A DNA stretch of 52,506 bases, taken from positions 1 to 52,506 of IMG/VR virus record IMGVR_UViG_3300023100_000005; one strand, 5' to 3'. Each line of letters starts with the position of its first letter. Within the stretch, counting starts at the first letter, position 1. The notes below the pieces were generated by a model. The model was not told the origin of the DNA. It made no database searches and saw only the letters and a program-made list of their open reading frames with translations. Positions 37,967-47,140 of this stretch are shown here, piece after piece. This DNA is from a virus (lineage: Duplodnaviria > Caudoviricetes). The position numbers were made by a program, and so were the translations under genes.

Positions 37967-37990
37967 AAACCGGTTTAAACCGGTTTTTTT
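37967..37990 (+). terminator. intrinsic terminator ending the late operon
   Basis: aaaccggtttaaaccggttt plus T-run. Confidence 0.7.
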
Positions 37991-38034
37991 ATACCCTTAT
38001 CTTAAATTTTTCTTACTGAAAATCAACCAGTTAT

Positions 38035-38084
38035 TAATATTCATGAATATTTATAAATATGTTCAGATATTTGTTGTATGTTTG
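38035..38084 (+). promoter_or_regulatory. early promoter with ATAT array
   Basis: ATAT ending at 38040/38050/38060/38070; TATGTTTG 38077-38084. Confidence 0.7.
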
Positions 38085-38088
38085 TGTC

Positions 38089-38259
38089 ATGGAAACAATT
38101 TATCAATCAGCAATCAAAGCCTACATTTCTGACCTTAAAGAAAACCAGGTAATTAAATTTGATCGGCCGCACGCACTTAAATACCAAATTGAATTAAAAA
38201 ACTTTGGTTGTAACACTGTAATGTTTGACGCTCACACTTTAAAATTAATCAGCAAATAA
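38089..38259 (+). CDS. hypothetical protein (possibly leaderless)
   Basis: METIYQS...; ATG 4 nt after the -7 element. Confidence 0.55.
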   Translation: METIYQSAIKAYISDLKENQVIKFDRPHALKYQIELKNFGCNTVMFDAHTLKLISK

Positions 38260-38260
38260 A

Positions 38261-38563
38261 ATGAAAACACTAACAGCATTTGAGGCATACGATCAAATCA
38301 TTGAATCGGTGCAAAGGTTTCAAGAACTTATGAAAGCAGGCAAACAAGGAATGAGTGCACACATTTCAAACGTAGATTTTACCGAAATAATTGCACTTTA
38401 CAAGTGTTTAAAAACACCTGATAAAATGCTGGTTATACCTGGTGAATATGGCGAAGATGAGTTTAAAGTTATTTACTGGCCTTCTGACAATTGCCGAATA
38501 GTAATAACCAGCGCACCGGCAAAGCATTTCCGGCCACGTATTAACACTATAAATTATAACTAA
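38261..38563 (+). CDS. hypothetical protein
   Basis: 100-aa ORF. Confidence 0.55.
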   Translation: MKTLTAFEAYDQIIESVQRFQELMKAGKQGMSAHISNVDFTEIIALYKCLKTPDKMLVIPGEYGEDEFKVIYWPSDNCRIVITSAPAKHFRPRINTINYN

Positions 38564-38790
38564 TGACAAAAGATTACGATTTACCATTCCTTTCAAAATC
38601 AGAAGATGAATTTGAAAACGGCCTTGATCAAATTTATGCTTTAACAAAGTACCGCGATGAACTTGATAAAATTCAAATTGCCACCCCGTGCCAACACCAA
38701 GTTTTAAAAGCGGCACTTTTTAACGAAAGCAAAATTATTACCAGATTTATAAAACAATTTTACCAAACAAAAAATAACGAAAATATTTAA
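38563..38790 (+). CDS. hypothetical protein
   Basis: 75 aa, TAATG-coupled. Confidence 0.55.
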   Translation: MTKDYDLPFLSKSEDEFENGLDQIYALTKYRDELDKIQIATPCQHQVLKAALFNESKIITRFIKQFYQTKNNENI

Positions 38791-38819
38791 GCATATTAAA
38801 AGATATTTAGTTATATTTG
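38781..38819 (+). promoter_or_regulatory. promoter with ATATT array
   Basis: ATATT at 38783/38793/38803/38813; TATATTTG 38812-38819. Confidence 0.75.
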
Positions 38820-38836
38820 CAAATAAAAAATATATT

Positions 38837-39094
38837 ATGACAACTGAAACAAAAAAAAGAGTTTACCCGGAAAAAACAATGACGCCACGGGAACAACTTA
38901 AAGCAAGAAAGTTTTATTTAGCGCCCGTAAAATTCAAAGGAGAGTTGGCGGACCTAATGTTAACAGAAATGGAAACAGCGCCATTTGGGGCAGGGGTGAG
39001 CCAAGTGGTTGAAAAACGCATGCTGGATTCTTATAACCGCGAAAAGGCTGAAAAAGCTAAGGCGGCAAAGAAAACTGCAAAAGTAAAAAAGTAA
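38837..39094 (+). CDS. putative ribbon-helix-helix transcription regulator
   Basis: Strand LAPVKF, helix GELADLML, turn GAG, helix VSQVVEKRML, basic tail. Confidence 0.45.
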   Translation: MTTETKKRVYPEKTMTPREQLKARKFYLAPVKFKGELADLMLTEMETAPFGAGVSQVVEKRMLDSYNREKAEKAKAAKKTAKVKK

Positions 39095-39125
39095 CAAACA
39101 CAAACGAACATCAAATTTTTAATCA

Positions 39126-40040
39126 ATGGAAAACGAAAGTGAAGACCAAATACAAATTTTAGAAGTAGATTCTACAGTTGTATTTAACCAAGAGCGCGCC
39201 TCTTTAGATGTACAAATAGCAACCGCAAAAGCATTCCCGAGAATGTTAAAAAGGTCAACCGAGGAAGCTGTGGCCATTGTTACTATGGATAAAGAGACGG
39301 CTGCAACTTGTACATATAGCGTTCCACGTGGCGGTAAACCAATCACTGGGCCTTCGGTTCATTTAGCAAAAATACTTGCACAGGTTTGGGGGAATTTAAG
39401 GGTAGAGGCCAAGGTTGTTGATATTGGGCAAAACCAAATTACAAGTCAGGCTGTTGCTTTTGATCTTGAGAAAAACCTTGCTATTAAGGTAGAGGTTAAA
39501 CGCTCAATTATGACAAAAAAAGGGCGCATGAGCGAAGATATGATTGTTGTAACTGGTAATGCAGCGAACTCAATCGCTTTGCGTAACGCGGTGCTTTCTG
39601 TAATACCACGCGCGGTTGTTGATAAAGTTTATAAGGCTGCAATGGGAAAAATTACAGGCGATATTAGTGATAAGAATAAATTTATTGCGCGCCGGAAACA
39701 AGTTATGGATGGCCTTAAAGAAACTTACAGCCTTAGTGAAGAAGAAATACTTGCACCTATTGGTAAAGCCGCTGTTGACCATATTACAGGTGAAGATTTG
39801 GTTGTTTTAATAGGGATTGGCCAGTCAATAAAAGACGGAGATACAACAATCGAAGAAGCTTTTAAAAGCAAAGTAAAAGGTCCGAAAAAAACCAGCGAAC
39901 AGGCCGAAAAAGAACGTATTGAAACCATGATCAAAGAAGCTGCAGATGTGTCAACTTTGGAATCATATAAAGAACACGTGGGCCCGGATCAAATGGATCT
40001 TTTTAACGAAAAATTAGCTGAATTAACAACAACAAAATAA
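39126..40040 (+). CDS. conserved phage protein, putative single-strand annealing recombinase
   Basis: QIATAKAFPR...YSVPRGGKPITGPSVHLA.ILAQVWGNL; lies near the exonucleases. Confidence 0.5.
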   Translation: MENESEDQIQILEVDSTVVFNQERASLDVQIATAKAFPRMLKRSTEEAVAIVTMDKETAATCTYSVPRGGKPITGPSVHLAKILAQVWGNLRVEAKVVDIGQNQITSQAVAFDLEKNLAIKVEVKRSIMTKKGRMSEDMIVVTGNAANSIALRNAVLSVIPRAVVDKVYKAAMGKITGDISDKNKFIARRKQVMDGLKETYSLSEEEILAPIGKAAVDHITGEDLVVLIGIGQSIKDGDTTIEEAFKSKVKGPKKTSEQAEKERIETMIKEAADVSTLESYKEHVGPDQMDLFNEKLAELTTTK

Positions 40041-40152
40041 AATTAAAACTAAAGGATTTTGTTAGTGTTAAGCCCGTATCCGGGAGATGCCGAGTAACAA
40101 AACCACAGCGGTAGGCGGCTGTGTTTTAATTTAAAAATCAAAAATTAATTAA

Positions 40153-41478
40153 ATGGAAGAAAACAATTTACCGGCACAAACCGGACTGGAAATTTATTTG
40201 TCGAAAAAAATAGTTGGCGAAAATAATGACGGCAAAATTACAACCAACCAAAGGATGATGTTTGAAACTCTAATTGAGCATTTTAAACCATTTGAAACAC
40301 AAGCTGCTGAATGGTCTTTAAAAGCCAGGTCTTTAAAAGTTACTGATATTTCTCAAGTAGAGGAAATGAAACAAGCTGGAATTGGCCGTAAAGCTTTGGT
40401 TAAAGTTAGAACTGGGATAAAAGATACTCACCAAGTTTTAAAGGCTGATTCATTAAATTATGGCCGGTTGTTAGATGGAATAAAAACTTACCTAACCGAT
40501 TTAAATTTACCAACAGAAGAGTATTTACGCGAACAAGAGGAATTTGCCGAAAGACAACAGGCTAAAGAAAAAGCAGAATTAAAAGAACAGCGTATTGCCT
40601 TACTGGCACCGTACGAAATTGACGAAAATTTTTACCCGATGCTTGATACAATGGATCAAACGCTTTTCGATAAATTGCTTTCTGATTCGAAAATTCTTTT
40701 TGATGCTAAAAAAGCAGCCGCCGAAAAAGAGGCCGAAGAAAAAAGGTTATCTGAAGAAAAAGAAGCCCGTGAAAAAAAGGAACGTGAACAGGCGGCGCAA
40801 ATCGAAAACGAACGCCTGAAAAAAGAACAAGCTGAAAAGGAAGCTTTGCATAAAAAAAGAAATGAAGAGTTAAAGCCTTATATCATGTTTATCCGTGATT
40901 ATTCTGCTTTATTAAATGCTAGTGAAGAAGATTATCAATTACAATTAAAAGAAATTGATACAGCAGCTAAACAACACATGCAATATGAGGCTGATGAAAA
41001 AGTTAAAAAAGAAGCCCAGGAAAGACAAGGTATTTTAAGAGAACAGGAAGCTGAAAAACAAAGGCAGGAACTTTTAAAGGCTGCTGAAGAACGAACATCA
41101 GAAAGAAAAAAAGCCCTGTTTGCTTTGGGACTTGCCGAAACAAATGGTAAAATGGCCTTTGGTGATATTATGGTATCTGCCGATATCATTAAAGATATGG
41201 AAAGCGAACCGTGGGGTAACTACCTAACAAACGTTACAAACAACGTTAATGCAGCAAAAGAAAAAATTGAGGCCGACCGTATTGCAAAGGAAAAAGCCGA
41301 TGCGGAAGAATTGGAAGCCTCGAAAGGTGACAAGGAAAAGTTTAAGAACTTACACTTTGAACTTGACGCTTTAAAGAAAAAATACAGCGCTTTTAAAAGT
41401 AAAAAACACCAAAAACTTTCTTCTGAAGTTAATGGCTTAATTCAAAAAATTCAAGATTACATAACCCTTAAAAACTAA
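40153..41478 (+). CDS. long coiled-coil protein (DUF1351-like)
   Basis: E/K/A/Q-rich helical protein in the recombination module. Confidence 0.55.
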   Translation: MEENNLPAQTGLEIYLSKKIVGENNDGKITTNQRMMFETLIEHFKPFETQAAEWSLKARSLKVTDISQVEEMKQAGIGRKALVKVRTGIKDTHQVLKADSLNYGRLLDGIKTYLTDLNLPTEEYLREQEEFAERQQAKEKAELKEQRIALLAPYEIDENFYPMLDTMDQTLFDKLLSDSKILFDAKKAAAEKEAEEKRLSEEKEAREKKEREQAAQIENERLKKEQAEKEALHKKRNEELKPYIMFIRDYSALLNASEEDYQLQLKEIDTAAKQHMQYEADEKVKKEAQERQGILREQEAEKQRQELLKAAEERTSERKKALFALGLAETNGKMAFGDIMVSADIIKDMESEPWGNYLTNVTNNVNAAKEKIEADRIAKEKADAEELEASKGDKEKFKNLHFELDALKKKYSAFKSKKHQKLSSEVNGLIQKIQDYITLKN

Positions 41479-41480
41479 AT

Positions 41481-42080
41481 ATGAAAAGATTTTTTGTGTA
41501 CGACTGTGAAACTAACGGAACTTTTGCAAAAGGCATTTGTGCTGAAGATTATTCAAACATGCCTCGGTTATCCCAACTAAGTTACGGCATTTATAATGAT
41601 GCCGGCGAATGTTTGAAATTCGTGAATGAATATGTTCAGCCAGACGGGTGGGCGTTTCCGGATAATGATTTTTTCCGTGAACATGCCGACATTAACAAAA
41701 ACAAAGAATTAGGTAAGCCGGTTAAAGAACTCTTGTTACAATTCATTCAAGACCGTATGTCATGCGACTACACAATAGGCCATAACCTTTATTTTGACGG
41801 CATGGTTGTACGTTCCGAATTGTTTCGCGCCGAACTAAAACCGGAATTTACATCTAAAAAGTTTTGCACCATGATGTCAAGTGTAAAGTATTGTAATTTA
41901 CCGCCTACGCCTAAAATGGCAGCAGCAGGAATGAACCGGCCTAAACCACCGAAATTAGAAGAATTACACAATATTTTATTTGGTTGTAATTTTGATGGTG
42001 CGCATGATTCTAAGTCAGACGTGGAAGCCACGGCAAAGTGTTTTTTCGAGTTAGTAAAAAAAGGCGTAATTAAATTATAA
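41481..42080 (+). CDS. DEDDh 3'-5' exonuclease
   Basis: DCETNG, GHNLYFD, AHDSKSDV. Confidence 0.88.
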   Translation: MKRFFVYDCETNGTFAKGICAEDYSNMPRLSQLSYGIYNDAGECLKFVNEYVQPDGWAFPDNDFFREHADINKNKELGKPVKELLLQFIQDRMSCDYTIGHNLYFDGMVVRSELFRAELKPEFTSKKFCTMMSSVKYCNLPPTPKMAAAGMNRPKPPKLEELHNILFGCNFDGAHDSKSDVEATAKCFFELVKKGVIKL

Positions 42081-42116
42081 ATATTTACGTATATTCATAA
42101 ATATTTAATACATTTG
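42078..42116 (+). promoter_or_regulatory. promoter with ATATT array
   Basis: ATATT at 42081/42091/42101; TACATTTG 42109-42116. Confidence 0.7.
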
Positions 42117-42120
42117 CAAT

Positions 42121-42897
42121 ATGAAAAACTCCGATAAATTATTATTTCGTGCCAGCTCAATGGCAGCTATAATGAGTGGAACGGGTAAAGGTTGGCCAGT
42201 TGAAAAATCAGTAACATGCCAACGTAAACTTGTTGATATGTATCGCGAGCATGCGTGGAAACGCCGCAATCCTTTAAAAAACAAATACGTCACAAAAGGT
42301 TTAGAAGCGGAAAATGACTCAATTACTCTTTATTCCAGGTTCAAAAAGAAAATATTCAAAAAGAATGACACCCGTTTAACGAATGAATTTTTCACAGGCG
42401 AACTTGATCTATACGAAGGCGAATCAATAACGAAAGCCACCAAGGTAATTGACATTAAAAGTTGCTGGGATTGGACCACTTTACCATCTTGTGTTGACGT
42501 AAACGATGACTACGAAGAACAAATAAACGTTTACCTTGACTTAACCGGCGCAGAGTTTGGCGTAATTGCTTACTGCTTGGTAAACACACCTGCTGAATTA
42601 ATTATGGATGAAAAGCGGCGTTTAGCTTATAAAATGGGTATTCTTGACGAAGAAACTGAAGAATATATTTTACAGTGTATTGAAATTGAAAAGAATTGCA
42701 TTGTGGATATGGAACAGTTCAAAAAAGATTACCCGTTTTTTGAGTTTCACTGCACCGATTGGCAATATGATATTCCAATGGAAGAACGGGTTATTGAAAT
42801 TGAATTTAAACGTAACGAGGTTTTAATCATGAAAATGAAACAGCGCGTTATTGAGTCAAGATTATGGATGAGTAAAAACCTTTTCAAAAATGGGTGA
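42121..42897 (+). CDS. lambda-exonuclease/YqaJ-like PD-(D/E)XK nuclease
   Basis: FRASS, KG..AE, TGELD, IDIKS.W, YEEQ..VY. Confidence 0.75.
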   Translation: MKNSDKLLFRASSMAAIMSGTGKGWPVEKSVTCQRKLVDMYREHAWKRRNPLKNKYVTKGLEAENDSITLYSRFKKKIFKKNDTRLTNEFFTGELDLYEGESITKATKVIDIKSCWDWTTLPSCVDVNDDYEEQINVYLDLTGAEFGVIAYCLVNTPAELIMDEKRRLAYKMGILDEETEEYILQCIEIEKNCIVDMEQFKKDYPFFEFHCTDWQYDIPMEERVIEIEFKRNEVLIMKMKQRVIESRLWMSKNLFKNG

Positions 42898-43207
42898 AAA
42901 TTGTAAAGAACTTTTTGGTGATCAGACAGGGTGTATTGTAAACGCACGATTATACAAAACACCAAAAACACAAAAAGAGTGCGTACTTTTTCATTTAATT
43001 GAACAGCCACTTACAATGCCGGATGCTGTGAATTTATATAATATTTACCGACTAGCAGATATTGTTTTTAGGCTCAAAAAAGACGGCCATAATATAATTA
43101 CAGAAGAAGTTCCTTTTGTGAACCGGTACGGACACCCCGGCACATACGCGCGTTATAAATTAATTAAACCTATAAAAAATGCAAACAACCAAAAAACCAC
43201 CAGTTGA
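42890..43207 (+). CDS. winged HTH protein (HTH_39-like)
   Basis: LT..DA..LYNIYRLADIVFRLKKDGHNI.T...NRYG...YARY. Confidence 0.7.
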   Translation: MGENCKELFGDQTGCIVNARLYKTPKTQKECVLFHLIEQPLTMPDAVNLYNIYRLADIVFRLKKDGHNIITEEVPFVNRYGHPGTYARYKLIKPIKNANNQKTTS

Positions 43208-43526
43208 TTTAAAAGCCATTATTGCCAAGGCAAATGCAAAAAAACAAGCAGTTAAAAAAGAAATTAAAAAGGTTAATAAAATTAGCCAGGAAAAAACTCC
43301 AAAAGAGAAAAAACCAAAATCCGTTACCAAAAAAGAATTAATGGTAACAAATAACAAGTGTATTATGGCTGTTGTTGATTCTGAAACAACTAAAAAGCAA
43401 AAGATAGTTGATCTTCATGTGATGGGTATTTCAAACAAAGATATCGAGTCCTATTTGGGAACAAATCAGGGATGGATTTGGAATGTTTTAAACGCGCACA
43501 AAAAATCTGTTGCTGATAAAATATGA
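43179..43526 (+). CDS. basic protein with C-terminal HTH
   Basis: GISNKDIESYLGTNQGWIWNVL. Confidence 0.55.
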   Translation: MQTTKKPPVDLKAIIAKANAKKQAVKKEIKKVNKISQEKTPKEKKPKSVTKKELMVTNNKCIMAVVDSETTKKQKIVDLHVMGISNKDIESYLGTNQGWIWNVLNAHKKSVADKI

Positions 43527-44446
43527 GCCTTGGAATTCCTTACATGGGAAGTAAGCGCAAACTAGCCCCAGATATTCTAAAAGTTATCACCTCACGTCAT
43601 GAAGGTATAACTGACTTTTACGATTTATTCGGCGGTGGCGGATCTATTTCCTTTAATGCAATAAAGGATTACCGGTTCAATGTTCATTATAATGAATTAA
43701 ACAGCCATATTTTTGAATTGGTAAAGTATCTGAAAGAAAATAAAGAACTGGATCCTAAATTTTACGAATGGGTTACCAGAGATGAATTTTTCAATCAGTG
43801 CGAACGTTTGGATGCTGACTGGTATTCTGGTTTCGTAATGAGTTGCTGGAGTTTTGGGAATAAACAAAGTTCCTACATTTATGGCACTGATATAGAAGAA
43901 ATAAAACGCCTTGCGCACGAATTTATCGTTAACGGATGCTTAAAATCAATGAATGAAATTGGTGTTGATATTCCTGAATTACTAGAAATAAAAGATGTTC
44001 AAAAGCGGAGAATAATATTTTGTAAAGAAATTGAAAAACAAACAAATAAACGGTTTGATGTTCAAAATTTAGAAAGATTGACTTTACTTGAACACTTAAC
44101 ACGACTACAGAACCTACAGAACCTACAGAACCTACAGATAACGAACAGATCATACGAACAGGTAAGTATTTCAGGTGAAAACGTGGTGATTTATTGCGAT
44201 ATTCCATACAAAGGAACTGGCGAATACAAAGAGGGCGGTTTCGATCATGAAAAGTTTTACCAATGGGCAAGGGATATTGATCATCCTGTTTACATTTCCG
44301 AATATGACGCACCGTTTGAAGTTTTAGATGGTTTCAATCATCGATCGAGTTTATCGGCTACAAATAATAAAAAAAAGACCGTCGAGAAAATATTCTGGAA
44401 CGGAAAAGGTAAAATTTTTAAAACAAAACTTTTTGATCATGAATAG
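43523..44446 (+). CDS. D12-class N6-adenine DNA methyltransferase (Dam-like)
   Basis: PYMGSK, DLFGGGGS, YNELN, catalytic DIPY. Confidence 0.85.
   Translation: MSLGIPYMGSKRKLAPDILKVITSRHEGITDFYDLFGGGGSISFNAIKDYRFNVHYNELNSHIFELVKYLKENKELDPKFYEWVTRDEFFNQCERLDADWYSGFVMSCWSFGNKQSSYIYGTDIEEIKRLAHEFIVNGCLKSMNEIGVDIPELLEIKDVQKRRIIFCKEIEKQTNKRFDVQNLERLTLLEHLTRLQNLQNLQNLQITNRSYEQVSISGENVVIYCDIPYKGTGEYKEGGFDHEKFYQWARDIDHPVYISEYDAPFEVLDGFNHRSSLSATNNKKKTVEKIFWNGKGKIFKTKLFDHE
44105..44137 (+). repeat. 9-bp tandem repeat (ctacagaac) inside the methyltransferase
   Basis: ctacagaac x3 plus ctacag, encoding LQN repeats. Confidence 0.85.
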
Positions 44447-44744
44447 AAACTGTTACGTTGCCGGAAAAATAACGGGTTTGCCTGAAGAAGTTTACAAGAA
44501 AAATTTCAAAGATGCCGAATGGGAGGTTTTGGAAATGGATTTACTACCTAAATTACCTACAGAATTGCCACACCAACACGATAAAAGCTGGCACGCCTAC
44601 ATGCGCGAGGGAATTATTTGTATGCTCCAGTGTGGCCACGTTTACGCGTTAAAAAACTGGCATGAAAGTCCAGGGGCAAAGATTGAAGTTGAACTGGCAA
44701 TTTTATTAGGACTAAAAATAATTTACCAGGAAGACAAAAAATAG
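44439..44744 (+). CDS. DUF4406 family (nucleoside deoxyribosyltransferase-like)
   Basis: YVAGKITG, W..YMR, LKNW.ESPGAKIE. Confidence 0.8.
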   Translation: MNRNCYVAGKITGLPEEVYKKNFKDAEWEVLEMDLLPKLPTELPHQHDKSWHAYMREGIICMLQCGHVYALKNWHESPGAKIEVELAILLGLKIIYQEDKK

Positions 44745-44745
44745 T

Positions 44746-44753
44746 TATATTTG
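44746..44753 (+). promoter_or_regulatory. -7 promoter element for the replication operon
   Basis: TATATTTG. Confidence 0.6.
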
Positions 44754-44759
44754 CAAACA

Positions 44760-44883
44760 CGCCGATTGAAACCGGTTTAAAAAATCTTAACATGAAAAAT
44801 TTTAATAGCCGCAAAGGGCGAGTAACAATAGGGTTTGAAGATTCCCGTTTCAATATTGTGAAAATCCTTTGCGGCTTTTTTTT
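44760..44883 (+). ncRNA. structured leader RNA, C4/CI-antisense-like architecture
   Basis: 11-bp stem 44807-44817/44866-44876 plus U-run; internal gtttcaat complementary to upstream attgaaac. Confidence 0.45.
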
Positions 44884-45510
44884 ATGGCAATACTTAACGA
44901 ATTAACAAAAGCTATTACTAATAAATTTAATATTCAGGTTGATAGCATACTGATTGGAAAAAAATATTTAAGACCAGTTGCTCACGCAACATTAAAAGAA
45001 CTTGTAAAAAAAATACATACTAAACAGGAAAGTATTTTTAATTACGTGAGAAAAGAAGAGTCTTTAAGAATAAAAAGATGGGAGTGTGAAGTTGAAACCT
45101 CACAATTTAAATTAGGATTTTATATATTACCTGATCTTTCTACTGAATTAATGATAAAATATTCAGAGGTTCAAACCGCAAAGTTTAATGATATGTTTAT
45201 AAAATCAAAAGTAGATCCAGAAATGAGTTCTTTTGTTTATTTTATAAAATCCGATTATGGTTTTAAAATAGGAAAAACAAAAGATTTAAATAACAGATTA
45301 AATGTATTTGGAGTTAAACTTCCTTTTAAAGTTGAACTTCATTCCTATATTGAAACCATAAGAATGAATGATTGCGAATCTTTTTTTCATCAAGTGTTTT
45401 ATGATAGGCAAATTAACGGAGAGTGGTTCAATTTAGATGAAAATGATTTAGTATTAATATCAATGTTATCGAGAAAATTCGGTACATATAAAAAAATAAC
45501 CAATGGCTAA
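44884..45510 (+). CDS. T5orf172/GIY-YIG domain protein
   Basis: FVYFIK...FKIGKT..L..RL...E..FH..F...NGEWF.L. Confidence 0.8.
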   Translation: MAILNELTKAITNKFNIQVDSILIGKKYLRPVAHATLKELVKKIHTKQESIFNYVRKEESLRIKRWECEVETSQFKLGFYILPDLSTELMIKYSEVQTAKFNDMFIKSKVDPEMSSFVYFIKSDYGFKIGKTKDLNNRLNVFGVKLPFKVELHSYIETIRMNDCESFFHQVFYDRQINGEWFNLDENDLVLISMLSRKFGTYKKITNG

Positions 45511-46186
45511 AGATCCAGCATTTTTATTTTACACTTCTGATTTTTTATCAGGAACATATACCATGAGTGATGAACAGGTTGGGCGTTATATTCGCCTTTT
45601 ATGTTTGCAGCATCAAAAAGGATTTTTAACTTTAAAGGATATTGATTTTGTTTGTAAAGGTCGCGATCAAGAAATTTTTGATAAATTTCAGGAAGACGAA
45701 AACGGAAATTATTTCAATAAAGTTTTGAGTGAAAAAATAGAATTAAGAAAAAAACACTCAGACCGGCAAAAGGAAAATATACAAAAGCGCTACCAAACAT
45801 CTACCGAACCTCTACCAAACGATGAAAATTTATCTACCAAACGCTTACCTTTAGAAATTGTAAATGAAATTGAAATTGAAACTGTAATTGAAATTCTAAA
45901 TGAAACTACAGGTCGAGATTTCAAAAAAAATACGGAATCGAATAAACGATGGGTACGATCCAGGTTTAAAGAGGGCTACACCATTGAAGATTTTAAAAAA
46001 GTTATTTCATCGAAACAGTTTGAATGGGGTAAAAACCCTGATATGGCTAAGTTTTTGAGGCCAGAAACGTTATTCGGAAACAAATTTGAAGGATATTTAC
46101 AATCAGCAAAAAATAAAATAAATGGCACAACCGCAAAAAATATCGGAAGTAATGAATTCCAACCAGGAGGACCAGGAACTCTTTGA
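45503..46186 (+). CDS. replication initiator (DUF1376-like N-terminus, conserved phage C-terminus)
   Basis: KDPAFLFYTSDFL...GRYIRLLC; EGYTIEDFKKVI...LRPETLFGNKFEGYL. Confidence 0.8.
   Translation: MAKDPAFLFYTSDFLSGTYTMSDEQVGRYIRLLCLQHQKGFLTLKDIDFVCKGRDQEIFDKFQEDENGNYFNKVLSEKIELRKKHSDRQKENIQKRYQTSTEPLPNDENLSTKRLPLEIVNEIEIETVIEILNETTGRDFKKNTESNKRWVRSRFKEGYTIEDFKKVISSKQFEWGKNPDMAKFLRPETLFGNKFEGYLQSAKNKINGTTAKNIGSNEFQPGGPGTL
45790..45895 (+). repeat. putative replication origin: iterons plus AT-rich tract
   Basis: ctacc(a/g)aac at 45790, 45801, 45812, 45834 (11-bp register), then gaaatt hexamer repeats, inside the initiator gene. Confidence 0.7.
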
Positions 46187-46904
46187 TCTTTACAAAGACA
46201 TTGAGTTAAATGATGATGATGTAAAACTGGCTTTATTTGAGGCTAGGCAAAAAAAGTATTTCAATAATAGGATAATAGAGTATAAAAAAAAGTTATCTCA
46301 AGAAATGGAATATAAAACTTATACACCACATGAATTATACCAAAAAGTTCATGATACTGGATTTATAGTTGATGAAACAAACAAACAAATAATTTGGAAC
46401 CTATGCAGGTACTTTTCAGGCGACCCTAATGGGCCTTATAACCTTCGCAAAGGGATTATGCTTTACGGGCCTATTGGATGTTATAAAACGTCTTTAATGC
46501 GTTTTTTTGCCAATAACCAAAACAGTAGTTTTGTAGTTCATTCTGTTAACGACATATCTGCCCAGTTTACAAAGGATGGACATGATGCCCTTATGAAATA
46601 TAAGGGTTTAATACCATCAACTGATACAGTTAGGACTTTCGGACAAAAAGAGATTGGAATTTGCTTTGATGATTTCGGAACTGAAATAGATAAAAAACAT
46701 TACGGTAACGAATCAAATGTAATGGCAGAATTAATTTTATCCAGATTTATGAGTCACCAAAATTTAATTGGAAAAACACACTTTACAACAAATATTAACA
46801 CTGATATTATTTCAGAACGTTATGGGCAACGTGTTAAATCAAGGCTTAGAGAAATGATTAATATGGTAGCTTTTCCGGATAATACACCTGATAGAAGAAA
46901 ATAA
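46122..46904 (+). CDS. DnaC/IstB-like AAA+ helicase loader
   Basis: GIMLYGPIGCYKT, CFDDFGTE, HFTTN, RYGQRVKSRLREM, DRRK. Confidence 0.8.
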   Translation: MAQPQKISEVMNSNQEDQELFDLYKDIELNDDDVKLALFEARQKKYFNNRIIEYKKKLSQEMEYKTYTPHELYQKVHDTGFIVDETNKQIIWNLCRYFSGDPNGPYNLRKGIMLYGPIGCYKTSLMRFFANNQNSSFVVHSVNDISAQFTKDGHDALMKYKGLIPSTDTVRTFGQKEIGICFDDFGTEIDKKHYGNESNVMAELILSRFMSHQNLIGKTHFTTNINTDIISERYGQRVKSRLREMINMVAFPDNTPDRRK

Positions 46905-47140
46905 TGGAAAACGAAGAAATAATACGAACTTCAAATACACCTGTTTTTTTTAATTTCAAAAAACTTGATTATGAATGTAACGCGTCTTTTGAGTATTATA
47001 AAGAATCAGGAAAGTTACCCGTATCGTATCCTATTTTATTCAATAAATTATTTCCTGATCAAAATGCAAAAACACCATTTCGGGAACGTAAAAAAAAGAT
47101 AACCGATTACTTTGATAATATTATCCGCAATGAGGTGTAA
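46904..47140 (+). CDS. hypothetical protein
   Basis: 78 aa, TAATG-coupled. Confidence 0.55.
   Translation: MENEEIIRTSNTPVFFNFKKLDYECNASFEYYKESGKLPVSYPILFNKLFPDQNAKTPFRERKKKITDYFDNIIRNEV

Noticed and set aside
38012-38033. Weak palindrome ttactgaaaatcaaccagtta as a possible att or recombinase site
   Set aside because: Single copy, only a 4-bp inverted core, and no integrase in the genome
44105-44137. Tandem repeats as a CRISPR array or ON/OFF phase-variation tract
   Set aside because: No spacers; the 9-bp unit preserves the reading frame
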